Notes under the pieces: generated by a model
What the model saw: only the letters and a program-made list of their open reading frames with translations
What the model was told of the DNA's origin: nothing
The model's database searches: none
Assembly (NCBI GenBank): GCA_021613535.1
Contig: CP075494.1
Span: 14,446,001-14,510,000 of the forward strand
From: Adineta vaga
Lineage: Eukaryota > Animalia > Rotifera
Length of the DNA stretch: 64,000 nucleotides
Direction: 5' to 3'
Program-made: the position numbers and the translations under genes
Shown: positions 1-16,173 of the stretch, one piece after another
Layout of the letters: the number at the start of each line of letters is the position of its first letter
Position numbering within the stretch: position 1 is the stretch's first letter

Positions 1-362
1 TCTTCATGTAAAATTCATCATTATGTCACTAAAAAATATGCATGGAACATACAAAAGAGGTAAATGTATGACATTTTACGTAAGACTTTGTATTTTTTAA
101 TGATTTGACTATAGTCATCAAGGAATTGATTTGTAAAAAGTCATATATCGTTTTTGAAGAGTGTTTTATCTGAAATGACATTAGAAAAATAACGTGAAAA
201 TTTCGATACCTTATGAAATGAATTTTTTCCTGTTCTTTTTCATCGTTATTCTTTCGATGTCTCCCTCCGCCTCTCCTTCTCTCTCTCTCTCGTTCTCTCT
301 CTTCATTCTTCTTTATTTTTAGTCGTTTTCTTTCCAATAATGATATCATGCCCTCGTCATAC

Positions 363-406
363 GTCTGTCTTTCTATTATTTTCATAGTTTCTTGAGGAGT
401 ACTCAT
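363..406 (-). CDS. Possible first coding exon of a gene running off the left edge (MSTPQETMKIIERQ...)
   Basis: ATG at 406 followed by a GTATGA donor after 44 nt, with an AG acceptor upstream near 462. No recognisable homology. Confidence 0.2.
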
Positions 407-2835
407 GACATCGAACTTATTGATTCTTCACAAAATCGCATCGATCGATCAGTTGTTATTCTATAAAACAAATGTTAACAGTCTATCTAGTGATAAATCA
501 TAAACTATCCTTTTTATTCGACAAATACATAGCCATTCGTATATTTTCGTTCTTTGTAAAGAATATTACTAATATCTTAATCTCTTTCATCATTCTTCTG
601 TTGTTTTAGTCGGTGCGTGTGTTTTTTAATTTAATCACAAACAGACGAAATACAACGTATGCTAGCGTTAACCTTCATAGTTGATAATAGTAAACGGAGT
701 AAGCAAAAAACCAGCGGTAGAGTGCTGGATGGTGCAATGACAATGTAATAGAATGCAAGCTGTTTGTACTTGGAAAAAGATGCAGTAACAACAGCAACAT
801 TGAGGAAGGAGAGAACGTGAAAGAACTTTTTTTCTTTCTTTCTTTCTGTTGCATCGAGTCTCTTTTGTTCTGTTCGTGGAACGAATGGATCTGAATGTAT
901 TTCTCTTTCTCTCGATCGTATACACGCCATCGTTGTTGTTATGTGATGGCAGTGGCTCATTCATTCTCGTTTACAGGGCAATGCCTGCTGTGTAAGCGCG
1001 CGCTTACGCGCTTCTCCTGTTGAGTAAGTTGTTGTATTTCTTTTCCTTCGTTCTGTCGTTTTTGCGTTTTTTTCTTTTCTTCGTTTTTTTTACTATTTGC
1101 GTTACAAACTACCATGTATGAGAATGTGTGTATACGTAGTTGCAATAGCAGTATTAACCCGTTTTTGTTACAGAGCGCCCACTCAACAGCAACGACGAGA
1201 AGAAAACGTATATAATGCACGTAAGAATACGTACGAAGAAACGACAGTCGATTCGATAACTACTGTGCGATTGGATCTTTATCACAACGTCAGTAGCAGC
1301 AACAGCAAGAACAACAACAACAACAACTATATTTCAACAAGTAATACAAGAAGATTTAAATTCTATACGTATGTATATGTATATATGAATTAAACAATTG
1401 AATCGTAGGGAAAGAAGATTTTTGCAATCACGTTTATTACATTATTGACTTTCTATATGATACCATAGCAGGAAAAAAAAGGTTATCATCATCATCAACT
1501 GAACAAGCAGCATGTCTTAACTCTATACTATTGTAAAGGTTAACTCTGATCTGTTACGGCATACCATTGATTCATTTATTGATCGAAAGTCAATCACAAT
1601 ACATATATACAGAGATATATGGATATACGACGCACTCATCTCAATTACATTGCTCTCTATTATCCTATACTTAACGAAATATAATCACATGATAATATTT
1701 CGTTCTTTTGTAGATCCTTTTTTCTTCGTTTTTTTTCTTCATCTATCGTTAACTTTCATTTACCTGATGGTCGTGATGATGATAGACCGATAAAACGACC
1801 GGTAGAAAGAGAGAGAGAGAGAGACGAAGTATAGCAAAGCTTAGATAAAATTGCAGCTGACGCATGTGCTTGCAATGGCCTTGTATCGTTTGGATTTTTT
1901 CTTTGCATGATCATCACATCAAATTCGTTTTTCGTCATCATCATTCACTCCCTTTTTTTTCATTCTGTACTCGAATAATCATTGTCGATTCTCATTTCTT
2001 TGCTTTGGTCGACACACATACACACATAGAGGACTGCTTCGTTTCTCTCTATTCGCTTCGTTTCTCTTCTATTTTTTTTTATTATTATTATTCTCCTTGC
2101 TCTATCGGTAACGACCCGACAACATCGTCGTTTTTATCTCGACTCTTAGTGAAGGTAGACGATTTTAAGGGGCTTGATGAGATGGCATACGAGAACGCAT
2201 ATATATATATATATACATATACATATTGATAAAGGACATCGCCATCCATCATATTAAATAAAAGGAAAAAAGCAGTTGATGAGCAATAGTCCTTCGATTC
2301 TTTCGTTGCTTTGGCGCCAGTCGAAACTAATCGAATCAATCTGGACACAACGGCAAGCTTATTGAAATTTGGTAAAGTATATGTATGAAGAATGAAAACC
2401 GATTTGTCGTCTTGAATCTGACTAGTTTTGCAATCTGCTCGATAATAAAGTGCAGATGCTGGCTTTTCAGATACCTAACGCAAATCGGAAACGACGATTA
2501 AATCAAACTAATCTTCAATATTTTATTTTATTTTATTTTTTTTATTTCTTTCATATATTGTATTTTGATTTTCAAATAAATTATATTCATTAAAAAACCA
2601 AAGAATTTCTTCAATTGAGACTACAAATTTCATCAAACGACAAGTGTCGCCATCATCGTCGCTCGGTTGAAATTGATTTTGATTGAGAGAAAAAACTTTG
2701 AAAAAGAAAGACGAATGACGTTCGTTCGATAAGCAAATCAATTAGTTTCATCATCGCGACTCTTTTTTTTATTGCCACGATTGACTTCACTGTCATTTTT
2801 CATGTCGATTAGTTTTTGATTGATTTGCTGTAACC

Positions 2836-5090
2836 ATGGTCTTTCTGATTTCAGTACTTGAAAGTTATTTTTCATTTATTGATCGAATTGAACCCAAGAT
2901 TCTATTCTATGGATTATTATCATTCACATGGATCCTTTCCATTTGGGAACACTATCTTTCCTATCGACAAGTATGTTTGATTCGATACTTCTTCTTTCGA
3001 TTGAGGTTCTAAATATATTTAGTATCGTAATTATAAACGTCATCAAACTGTACCAACAGAACTGGCTGATGTAATGACAAATGAACAATTGGAAAAATCT
3101 CGGCGATATGCAATGGATAAAATACGTTTCAATGAAATTCGGTCAATATACGGTGAAATCGAAGGAACAATTTTATTGTTAATTGGTATTTTACCATGGT
3201 TATGGTCAATATCAGGAAGTATCTTATCGAAATACGGTTATTACGACTATGAAATTCTACAATCTATTGTGTTTGTTACTCTAATGATGTTTTACTCTAC
3301 CATCGCTGGAATTCCGTGGTCATATTATTATCATTTTGTTCTCGAAGAGAAACATGGATTCAATAAACAAGTAAAAAAGTTTAGATTTTCAAATGAAATT
3401 TTATTTAAATGATTGAATTTATTTAGACACGTAGTTTTTTCTTTAAAGATACAATAAAAAAATTATTAGTTTCATTTGCTTTAACTGTGCCGATCTTCTG
3501 TCTTCTATTAAAAATAATTCAAATTGGTGGTGATTACTTTTTCATCTATGCTTGGGCATTTTTAGCGACGATGTCATTAGTAAGATTTTCTTTGATACAA
3601 CGAAATGATTTGTCTATCTATGAGATAGGCCATTGCTGTTATTTATCCAAATTATATTGCACCATTGTTTGATCATTATGAACCATTACGTGAAGGAGAG
3701 TTACGAAAAAGTATTGAACAATTAGCTGATAAAATCAATTTTCCATTAGCAAAAATCTTTGTAGTTGAAGGTAAGTTGTTACTTAGCAATATTTCGAAAG
3801 AAATTGTGATATTTCACTTTATTGTTTAATTAAATATAATTTTTTATAAACTTTAAGGATCGGCTCGATCTGCGCATTCAAATGCTTATTTCTATGGATT
3901 CTTCAAAACAAAACGTATTGTTCTCTATGATACACTTATCAAAGGATACCGTATTCAAAAAGACAATGATAATGCCGTTAATAAAGAAGAGAAATCCAAA
4001 GATGAGACAGACGATGATCAAGTAACAAAGAAAAAAATTGATAAAGGCTGTGAATCAGATGAAGTTCTTGCTGTTCTATGTCATGAATTTGGACACTGGT
4101 CACTTAGTCATAATATTATCAATCTTACGATTTCATTTGTACGTATAGTACTTTCTTCATGAAAAATGTTTCGTTAATATCCGTTGAGAGAAATTCTGAA
4201 GTATAGGAGCTATACATTAAATCATAAATAGTTATCTTTTTAGTAACCATGAATGAGAGTATACCTTGAAAAAGTATCGTTCGTATAATCATCGACCGTG
4301 ATAGATTGAAGTACGAAGGTTGAAACTGATTATGAATATTTGACAACTAATGAAAAAGATTTCTATTAGAATATCAAAAATATGCTTCTTAAATTGTCCT
4401 GGACAGATGATGAGTAACGCAAAAAACAAATGATAATTAGTGATACACGTGTCATAAGGATGAAATTTAATATCGATCATTTCACGGTTGATGCTCGAAA
4501 ATATCCATAATAATATTGATTTAATTTGACATCTATTTTTAATATCCATCACACTTAAAAAGTATGATAATGACGTCATTCATATCATAGGTTGACTAAC
4601 AAAAATACTGATTTACGTTGATTGAAGGTTTTTTCTCGTATTTAACTTTCCTATTTCTAGATCAACTTATTTCTGATCTTTACTATCTTTGCTGCACTCT
4701 CCAAACGTACGGGTCTTTATGATGCATTTGGTTTTACACATATTCGACCAATTCTAATTGGTCTGTTAGTTATTTTTCAATATGTTTTATCACCTTATTC
4801 CGCAGTAAGTAACAACAAAAATTATCAATTTTATTTCTCTTTTTTCTTTCTCTCTACATTTATAGATTCTTTCATTGGCTTTAACGGTTTTATCTCGTCG
4901 TTTTGAATTTCAAGCTGATCATTTTGCTTTTAAACTCGCTCATGGTGAACCATTAAGTCGTGCATTGAAAAAACTCGAAATGGATAATATGACATATCCA
5001 TATTCCGATTATCTCTATGCTAAATATCATTATTCTCATCCAACTGTTCTCGAACGTCTCAAAGCAATTAAATCAACGAAACAAGATTAA
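2836..5090 (+). CDS. ZMPSTE24: CAAX prenyl protease 1 / zinc metalloprotease STE24 (M48), multi-exon
   Basis: Spliced translation gives MVFLISV...WEHYLSYRQ, FVLEEKHGFNKQ, VVEGSARSAHSNAYFYGF, the HExxH motif LCHEFGHW (~4077-4100), SRRFEFQAD and YHYSHPTVLERL. Introns are GT-AG, including one of ~520 bp (4140-4660). Confidence 0.95.
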
Positions 5091-5358
5091 TAATAATAAA
5101 AGAACTTCTCATCGTTTTTACTAAACAATACTTTCCTTTTCATTTGATGAATATGTCAATTAAATATTTATAATATTTGATAATCATTTTCAATAAATAA
5201 ATCCATATGAAATCTTACACATGTTTCATTGCAGTAGATTCTCTATAACGAGACATATCTGTTATAAATGAGAGTAAATGACAACTGATGTATCTGGAAG
5301 ATATGAATAATGTTGTGAATGAAAAGATAAGTAATAAATTTGTGTTTTAGATTGATAA

Positions 5359-6245
5359 ATGTATTCAGATGATGAAATCGACGGTTGTAAGAACAATCGA
5401 AATACTTCAGCATTTAAATTAGAAAGATTTCTTGATCGATCACATTTTTATTTGGAACGTTTACCTATAGTCAAAATAGAACTGAAAAATATCAATCATA
5501 TTGATCAATCCGATTTATATATTGAAAAATTGAGTAAGTCTCATCAGCGAAATTTGATATATCATATTTCTCTTTCTCTCTTTTTGTTGTTGTTAATTTA
5601 GATGAAATTAACAAACTTGTTCATGATTTAGCAGATAGTATTCGTAATATTGAAGAATTACAATCTCAATTAGATGAAAATGAACGTTTAACTCTTGATC
5701 ATCAAATTTATCGTCTTCGTAATGAAACTGACCGTGAAATGAATGAATTTCATCGACTTCGTGAACAATTTAGTTTGTCATCTCTTCCAATCGATGAATC
5801 GACTAGTAGTTATACTGAAGAAAATGATCTTCGACAACGACATACAACAATCAATCGTGTGAATAATTCATATGATTTATTAGAACAAGATTTAGCAACA
5901 TTACGTGAAACAATTGATGAAGTTGCTACACTTGTTAATCAACAAGAAGAAATTATCACAAGAACACAACAATTAAGAAATATCGCACAAGTTCGTGTTC
6001 ACAATGTCTCATCATTTTTCCACAAAGCTATTCATAATCGATATTTGACAATAGCATCAGGTGCTTTACTTGGTGCTAGTCTTGGTGGACCAGTCGGTTT
6101 TATGATGGGTGTTAAAGTTGGTTCATTAGTAGCATTAACTGGTTCCGCTGTTGGTGCTTTTTCAATGGATATTATGAGGCAAAGAATAGAAGAAAATAAC
6201 AAATCTCAGAATACAGCGACAGCTTATAATCAAGCAATGCTTTGA
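5359..6245 (+). CDS. STX17: Syntaxin-17-like SNARE (2 exons, intron 5534-5601)
   Basis: Helical N-terminus and SNARE-like coil (LLEQDLATLRETIDEVATLVNQQEE). The C-terminal Gly-zipper hydrophobic hairpin GALLGASLGGPVGFMMGVKVGSLVAL is characteristic of STX17. Confidence 0.75.
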
Positions 6246-7251
6246 TTTAAAAGCTTTTTTGTTTCCTTTCAGTTAATCATGAGTTTTTCGATTCATTTAT
6301 TTTTATGGTATTGTTTCTTTTAAATACATACACATCGTATGAATACATATAGTTTTACAAAGAAAGAAATATAGAGTTGCAATACAACTATTTATCATTG
6401 GCCGAAATTATGTATTTCAAAAGACTCTTTTTTCTCTCTCGTTCTATTTCGTGTCGTAGTCTCGTAGACAAGTATATTTATTGACATAAATAATTCTTCT
6501 TTTATCAGTCAATCAAACCATCTAATGCCTATGTGTTCTGATTGTTAATCTAGTGATCTCATTATTTCGAGAAGAAATTCTGTTCGTCATTATTCACTAT
6601 TTTACATATGGATGTGTTCAGTAGCTGGATCGTTAAGGATGAGAAGAAAAAGAAACATTACAAGAGAATAGGGAGAGAGAGAGAGAGAGAAAGACAAGCA
6701 ACATGCCTCTGTTTCTGTTTGTTGCCATCGTGAGCGCAGCAACCGAACAAACATCTAGAATATATATATATATATTCTGTTGCCGGCCACATCGTCGTCT
6801 CCTCGGTGATTCTCTTTGCGCTTTTTCTCTTCTTCACTCTCTCTCTCTCTCACATTAGTCACGTCCGTTCGTCTGCTGTTTTTCCTGCTGCTGCGATGGT
6901 GATGTGATATGTGTGTGTGTGCACATAGTCTCTCGTTTTTTTTTTCGTTTCAGCCGTCGTTGCCGACGTCGTCTAACAACGCATACACACATAACACAAC
7001 ACACTCTTTTCAGTTGCATCCACTTCATCTTTTCTCTCGTTTTCTCTTTTCTTCTCGCTTGCTATTTAAAAGGAGAAACTCAGTTCAAAATTGCCTCTTA
7101 TTCTTCGCTGTAGACGTACAAATTCGCTCGTCGTCGTCGTCGTTAACACATATCCATACACTCTCTTTGAACATTAATTAAAACTAAATCAAAGTAAAAT
7201 TATTTGCTAGAAAATAATATCAATACGAAATCTATTCCGTATGATGTTTAG

Positions 7252-9226
<1,975 letters not shown>

Positions 9227-9415
9227 TAAACGAAAGATCTCGATTAAATTCAATGTAATTCTTTCTTTTTTTCTCTTATTTTCGTCTGTTCTGTGCTCTA
9301 CCTTGTAACAACAACTCAAAAAATAAGAACTTAATAAATAAATGATGCACTTTATCCAACATACAATCATTTTTATTGCAAAAACCAACAAAATAGAAGA
9401 ACATATTAAGATCAA

Positions 9416-11266
<1,851 letters not shown>

Positions 11267-12009
11267 TCATTCAATAAATGAACAATTAAAATCAAATTAA
11301 TAATCATTCAGAAAAAATATATTTTGTATTCATTTATAAAATAATTAAGATATTTCTTAGGAGAGTTTAAAAATTATAATCAAACGTTAAAAAAAACTGA
11401 ATCTTATTAGAAATTTATTCAATGTAGAAATTATTTAGCGCTTTAACATTTGTTTTTTATGGTCTCTATTTGAGGTTTGTTTTAAAATAAATAAAAATAA
11501 CTTTCATTTTCAACTTTTTTTCCAGATGTTATTGCATAAAACCACCCTTGACCAATTTTGTTTGTTTTTATTATTATCCAAGATGTTCATTTTTGTCCAT
11601 TCAAAGTTTAAATGTATAGGTGTAACCGTGATCCTTTTTATTAGTAAAAAACCTTGAATCTACATTTGTAGGAAAAAAGAAAAATCTGACAATATAATTA
11701 GTGTAACGAAAAGTGTATCATAACAAAAAAAACGTTCACTAATGGCTGTTCCATAATCAACGACGAAAGACTAAGTGCTTCTTTCAAAAAATGAATATCA
11801 TATATATTTTCATCATCACTGCAAATGATGTTATCTAAATAGACAACATAATAAAAATATTTTCGTATCAAACAAAGACGTAATCTCTTACTGATTTCCA
11901 TTATAATTTTCTTATTCGAATTTTCTTGCAATTGCTGTCCAATTACTTTCAAATCTTTTTCATTAATACACACCATAATTTTTGGACCTTGTACAATGTC
12001 ATCAGCCAG

Positions 12010-12287
12010 CCCAGGACGATGGTTCCTGGAAGCAGTATTCCACTTATTTCCGGTGAAAACCTGCAGGACACCTATGTTTTCCGCGTCGGATACCATGGGA
12101 AAATGCCTGGAATCCTGCTGAGGGAACCGGTGATCGTATCAGACTATCGGTTATGGCAGGTTCTTGTCGGTTCCCGATAAAATCGGATTAATCCGATCAC
12201 CGGATTCGATCACCGAAATACTGCTTCCATGAGATCTTCGGAAGGTCCTAGAACTAGACGGTTCCGGACCGGACTGTTTGACATGGG
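12010..12287. mobile_element. Short non-autonomous DNA transposon (MITE), CCCAG-terminus family
   Basis: Left end CCCAGGACGA, degenerate right end TTTGACATGGG. Shares the internal motif GGAAGCAGTATTCC and its reverse complement with the adjacent element, in inverted orientation. Confidence 0.55.
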
Positions 12288-12370
12288 ATACACTGTTCAA
12301 CAACAGATATAACATTTGAATCATTAATAAATGTCTTAATAAAAGATCCAATCTTTTTTAATTGCACATC

Positions 12371-13597
12371 CCCAGGTCGAACAATCCGGCGCGGAACTGG
12401 CCGGATCCAGAACATTCCGCCTATTACATGGAAGCAGGATTCCAGGCCGGAATCTTTCGGACCAAATCCGTTGATTTCCGTTCATATCCGCACGTAAAAT
12501 CTCGGAAACTGACGGAAAAAAACCGAAACATTCCGACCAGGAACCGCATATGCGGCATCCCATAGGAAACCAATAGATCCTACAGGAACATTCTGACGGT
12601 CGGAAACCCAAATTTTCCGTGATATTACCGCTTCTTTCCTTCCTCGTCGCATTCCTTCACTAATACCGCGTAACCCCCAAACGTGTAGTTTAATTCATCC
12701 ATCACCTTCAACAAACCTGCATGCCCAAACAACACCGCCTAAGACTGGCCTCTCGTCTGGATTTTAGAGCCGACTAACATCGGATTCTTAATCCAATCGT
12801 GGACACACGAAAAACAACCCTGGTGATGCGTCTGTTCGTTATATTTTGAGCCGATTTTAATCCTCTCAAAAATCCTATCACGAACTGACCAAAATAAGTT
12901 TTGAGAATTTTTCCAAAGTCATTCGTATATGGGAAGATGGAGTTGAGATATGATCTCATACAGTTTTGGACTATTTCAATAGTCAAAATAGGTTAATAAG
13001 GTGATATTAGTTGGACAAATAGAGAGGTATGATTTATTTCGTATTATAATAATATTATGATATAATTTTTTTAGAAGATATATTATTCATGAATTAGCGT
13101 GATGTGGGTAAGTCATGATTTTTTATGCGTTATATTTGAATAGTCTTCTTGTCTTTTATGTTGTAGGGTGTTATTTAGAACTTCACGGAAAGTATTTCGT
13201 TAGGTAAGTGCGTAGATGTTGCTGATTTTGATTGTTAACTTTGTTAACTGATGTTTGGATTTTATTTAGGTACATCGTCTCTCGATCTGTGAATTTTGTT
13301 TTAGTAAGTTAAAATTATATTGTGATTTACTCCGGCTTTTGTCGTAGGGGAATAATTTTTATGAAGTTTCGATCGGTCGGTTCCGGCTGGTTCCATTGAG
13401 AACCGTGTCCATGGCTTTACCCGGAATGAGACGGTTCCAGTTCCGAGAAATTCCGGTCTGGAATACTGCTTCCATTTTCCGGTCCTTTTCCTTTCGGCTC
13501 CTTTGGGATCTGGTCGGAACTGGACGGAATGAGGCAGAAAAGAGGTGCTTTCCTGCGGGTTCCGATCGGTTCCGGAGGCCGGAACGTTCGTCCTGGG
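12371..13597. mobile_element. 1.23-kb non-autonomous DNA transposon with imperfect TIRs and 2-bp TSD (CMC/EnSpm-like)
   Basis: Begins CCCAGGTCGAAC and ends GTTCGTCCTGGG, flanked by TC on both sides (12369-70 and 13598-99). GC-rich CCGG/TCCGG subterminal repeats surround an AT-rich core. Confidence 0.75.
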
Positions 13598-13704
13598 TCT
13601 CGCATCGTCAATTGTTCAGCTTCCACCGTACGAATTATCTAAAATATGAATGAACGTTGATGACATTTCTGACATTAAATATAGTGGAAAAGAAAACGAA
13701 AAAA

Positions 13705-13925
13705 CTATCGGATCTTATCGAATCCGCTGGGGAATTCGCCGGAAGTTACCGGAATCTTGGCAACAGGATTCCGACAAAAAAGGCATCGGATGTCGAAATA
13801 ACTAGGATCCTGTCGAAACCTCTGAGAATCTGACACTTTCCGACATCCGGGACCGCATATCGAAATCCTGTTGCCAGGATTCCGGCGAATTCACATCGGA
13901 TCCGACAGGGTGAGTTCGACCTGGG
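13705..13925. mobile_element. Truncated copy of the CCCAG-terminus element family
   Basis: Ends GTTCGACCTGGG. Internal inverted repeat GGAATCTTGGCAACAGGATT / AATCCTGTTGCCAGGATTCC. Another terminus fragment lies at 14241. Confidence 0.55.
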
Positions 13926-14701
13926 TACATATCCAATGAATTAAAAATGAACTATCCGATTTCATTGACTTTGTTATGAGAATAGGTCACTTACAACGTT
14001 TAATTCACATACGTTTTTTCAGTCTATTTCCGGTCTAATACGTGGTGATAATAAGAAACAAGTAACGCTCATCCGCAGGATTCGCTGACCCCTCCCTGAA
14101 AGAACTATAGTGATGATGAACGCATCGATATTCTTTAAAAAACTCTCTTAAAGAGAAGAAACACTCGTCAAAATTTCTTTTCTTGATTTTGAGATTTGTC
14201 AAAAAATATGCCCAGAAATCGAGATTTATTTAGACCCTAACCCAGGTCGACCGATCGGTACTAGTCGAACATTAAAAATACGTAAATTTGATAAATATAT
14301 AATATTATTAATTGTTTCTATCTATTCTTTGAAAGAAAAAAAGGAGTTTTACAAAACCTTTTTGGGTTCTGCAACATCTCCAGAACCAGAAAAAGTTCTG
14401 TTTTATTTATTTTGAACCAAAAGGGTTCTGCCCAAAAATACCCAGTTTGAAAGGGTTCGGTCTTATAATATGGAATCATAGAGATTTTTTTCTTCGACGT
14501 TACTAAATGTAAAGTTTCTTCTCTAAAATTCGCAACCTGATATAGCTGCCCCAGTTAATGTTGGAGTATCGTAAGTTTCCTCAACTGAAGAAGAGAGTCA
14601 CACACTCAAAAAATGTATATACGTTCGTTTGTTCATGCAAGTCAACAACAATTTAACAACTTTCTTTTCTCTTTTGAGTTTTGTCATAACAAAAAACGGA
14701 A

Positions 14702-14970
14702 ATGTTTTCGCCATTTCAAGTTGTCAATAACGATCTTAGGTATGAACTGAACAACTTAATGTTTTGCATCGACGATGATGAGAATCCAGTATCAGTATAT
14801 GATTATTCCAAGCAATTTTTCAGTCATCCAAATCTGAGGGAGGTTTTTCTCTTATTACTTACATGTAACAAAATCATGTTCAGGCCAGTTACAAGTTAAC
14901 AGAGAACGAATCTAATATAGCTCAAACTAACTTATATGTTATGTCCACAATAGAGGGTAGGAGTTGATCA
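14702..14970 (+). pseudogene. Probable hAT transposase C-terminal (dimerisation domain) remnant
   Basis: HPNLREVFLLLLT...PVTS resembles the hAT motif [FY]PNLxxLxxxxLTxPV[TS]S. The frame is disrupted immediately afterwards. Confidence 0.4.
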
Positions 14971-15529
14971 GCTCAAGTCCATGAACTCTGATGAAATGAA
15001 CTAAAGAACTATGCAAAAGTTTATCATTTCACCGAGCTCAATCTTTTAAAAATATTCTTTAAAAATAAAATGATCTTTTTCAGCGGTTTCTCTATTCGAT
15101 TATGTAGAGATATCACGCAGTCATCAACTGATAGTATGTAGGGTTATTTGTATACCCTTGAGCATAGAAGATATCTTTATATAATGAGACTAGCAGACAG
15201 GGACGGGCCGAGGATTTTATAATATCCGAAAATTTAACTTCAAAGCATGGGTCCCGCATGAAACTTATGAAAGATGATAAGTGACCCAAATGGTGACTTT
15301 TTACCAAAAACATTTTGTGATTGAAGTTTGTGAAAAAAAATTTTTTTAACTGCTACACCCAACTTTTGTTTTTGGTTTAAGCAGTACTCAGATTCTTAGA
15401 ATGTTATCGGAATCTACATCGAATTTCATCCACAGATTTCAAGTCTTTCAGAAGCTATCAAGAGATATATTCAATACGACTTGTTCAATCCCTCTTTCTA
15501 TTCGGACAGCTTTCGAAACTAAATATCAT

Positions 15530-15880
15530 ATGAAATATTTCTTATTGTTGTATAGGTATATATCGATATCTGATTAAGAGTAAGTAATATTTCAAATACG
15601 AAATGAAACATTCTCTATTATCATTTAGGTTTGTATAGATATGTGGGTAAAAATGAGTTATTTTCAAACAATATGTTAAATATTTATTGTTATCATTTCG
15701 GTTCATAGCCATATCTGATTAAAGTTCAGTGATATTTTGAATTTTAGATTAAATATTTTCTATTGTCATTTAGGTTCAGGTCGAAGTCTAACGAAATGTG
15801 AGTTATATTTTATATAGAAAACTAAATATTTTCTTCTTTTATATTTAGACCGATCTATATTGCAGAGAAATGGTAAGTGG
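15530..15880 (+). repeat. Degenerate ~73-bp tandem repeat, 5 units, each shaped as acceptor + 24-nt exon + donor
   Basis: 24-nt segments start at 15556, 15629, 15701, 15774 and 15849. They are bounded by AG and GTAAGT/GTGAGT in units 1, 4 and 5, while the sites are mutated in units 2 and 3. Confidence 0.6.
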
Positions 15881-15901
15881 GATATTAGAAACAAAATAAG
15901 T

Positions 15902-16173
15902 AGAATGATTTTCTTTTTATATCTATAGGTTGATTTGTACACGTATTCAAGTACTGCAAGTGCGTCTGTTTATATTACAAGGTCAAAAACAGACTGAGAA
16001 AGTGAATTAGGTTAGGGCTGAATTGAGCCAATCGGCAGCAAGCAAAAAGCGTGATTCGACTCTAGCTTAATTCACTTTTTCGGTCTATTTGAGAGCTTAA
16101 CATGAACAGACGCACTTGCAACACTGGAATATGTGTACAAATCAACCTAGATATAAAGAGAAAATAATTTTCT
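15902..16173. repeat. ~270-bp fold-back (palindromic MITE-like) element
   Basis: TAGGTTGATTTGTACAC...TGCAAGTGCGTCTGTT...AAAGTGAATTAG is mirrored by TAATTCACTTT...AACAGACGCACTTGCA...GTGTACAAATCAACCTA. Confidence 0.8.

Noticed and set aside
600-2760. Numerous 60-120 aa ORFs on both strands
   Set aside because: They are low-complexity translations of microsatellite and poly-A/T tracts with no recognisable domains.
4140-4660. Possible C/D snoRNA in the long ZMPSTE24 intron (ATGATGA near 4408)
   Set aside because: No suitably spaced D box with a terminal stem could be identified.
11698-13653. ORFs overlapping the GC-rich segments
   Set aside because: They arise from MITE subterminal repeats and show no transposase motifs.
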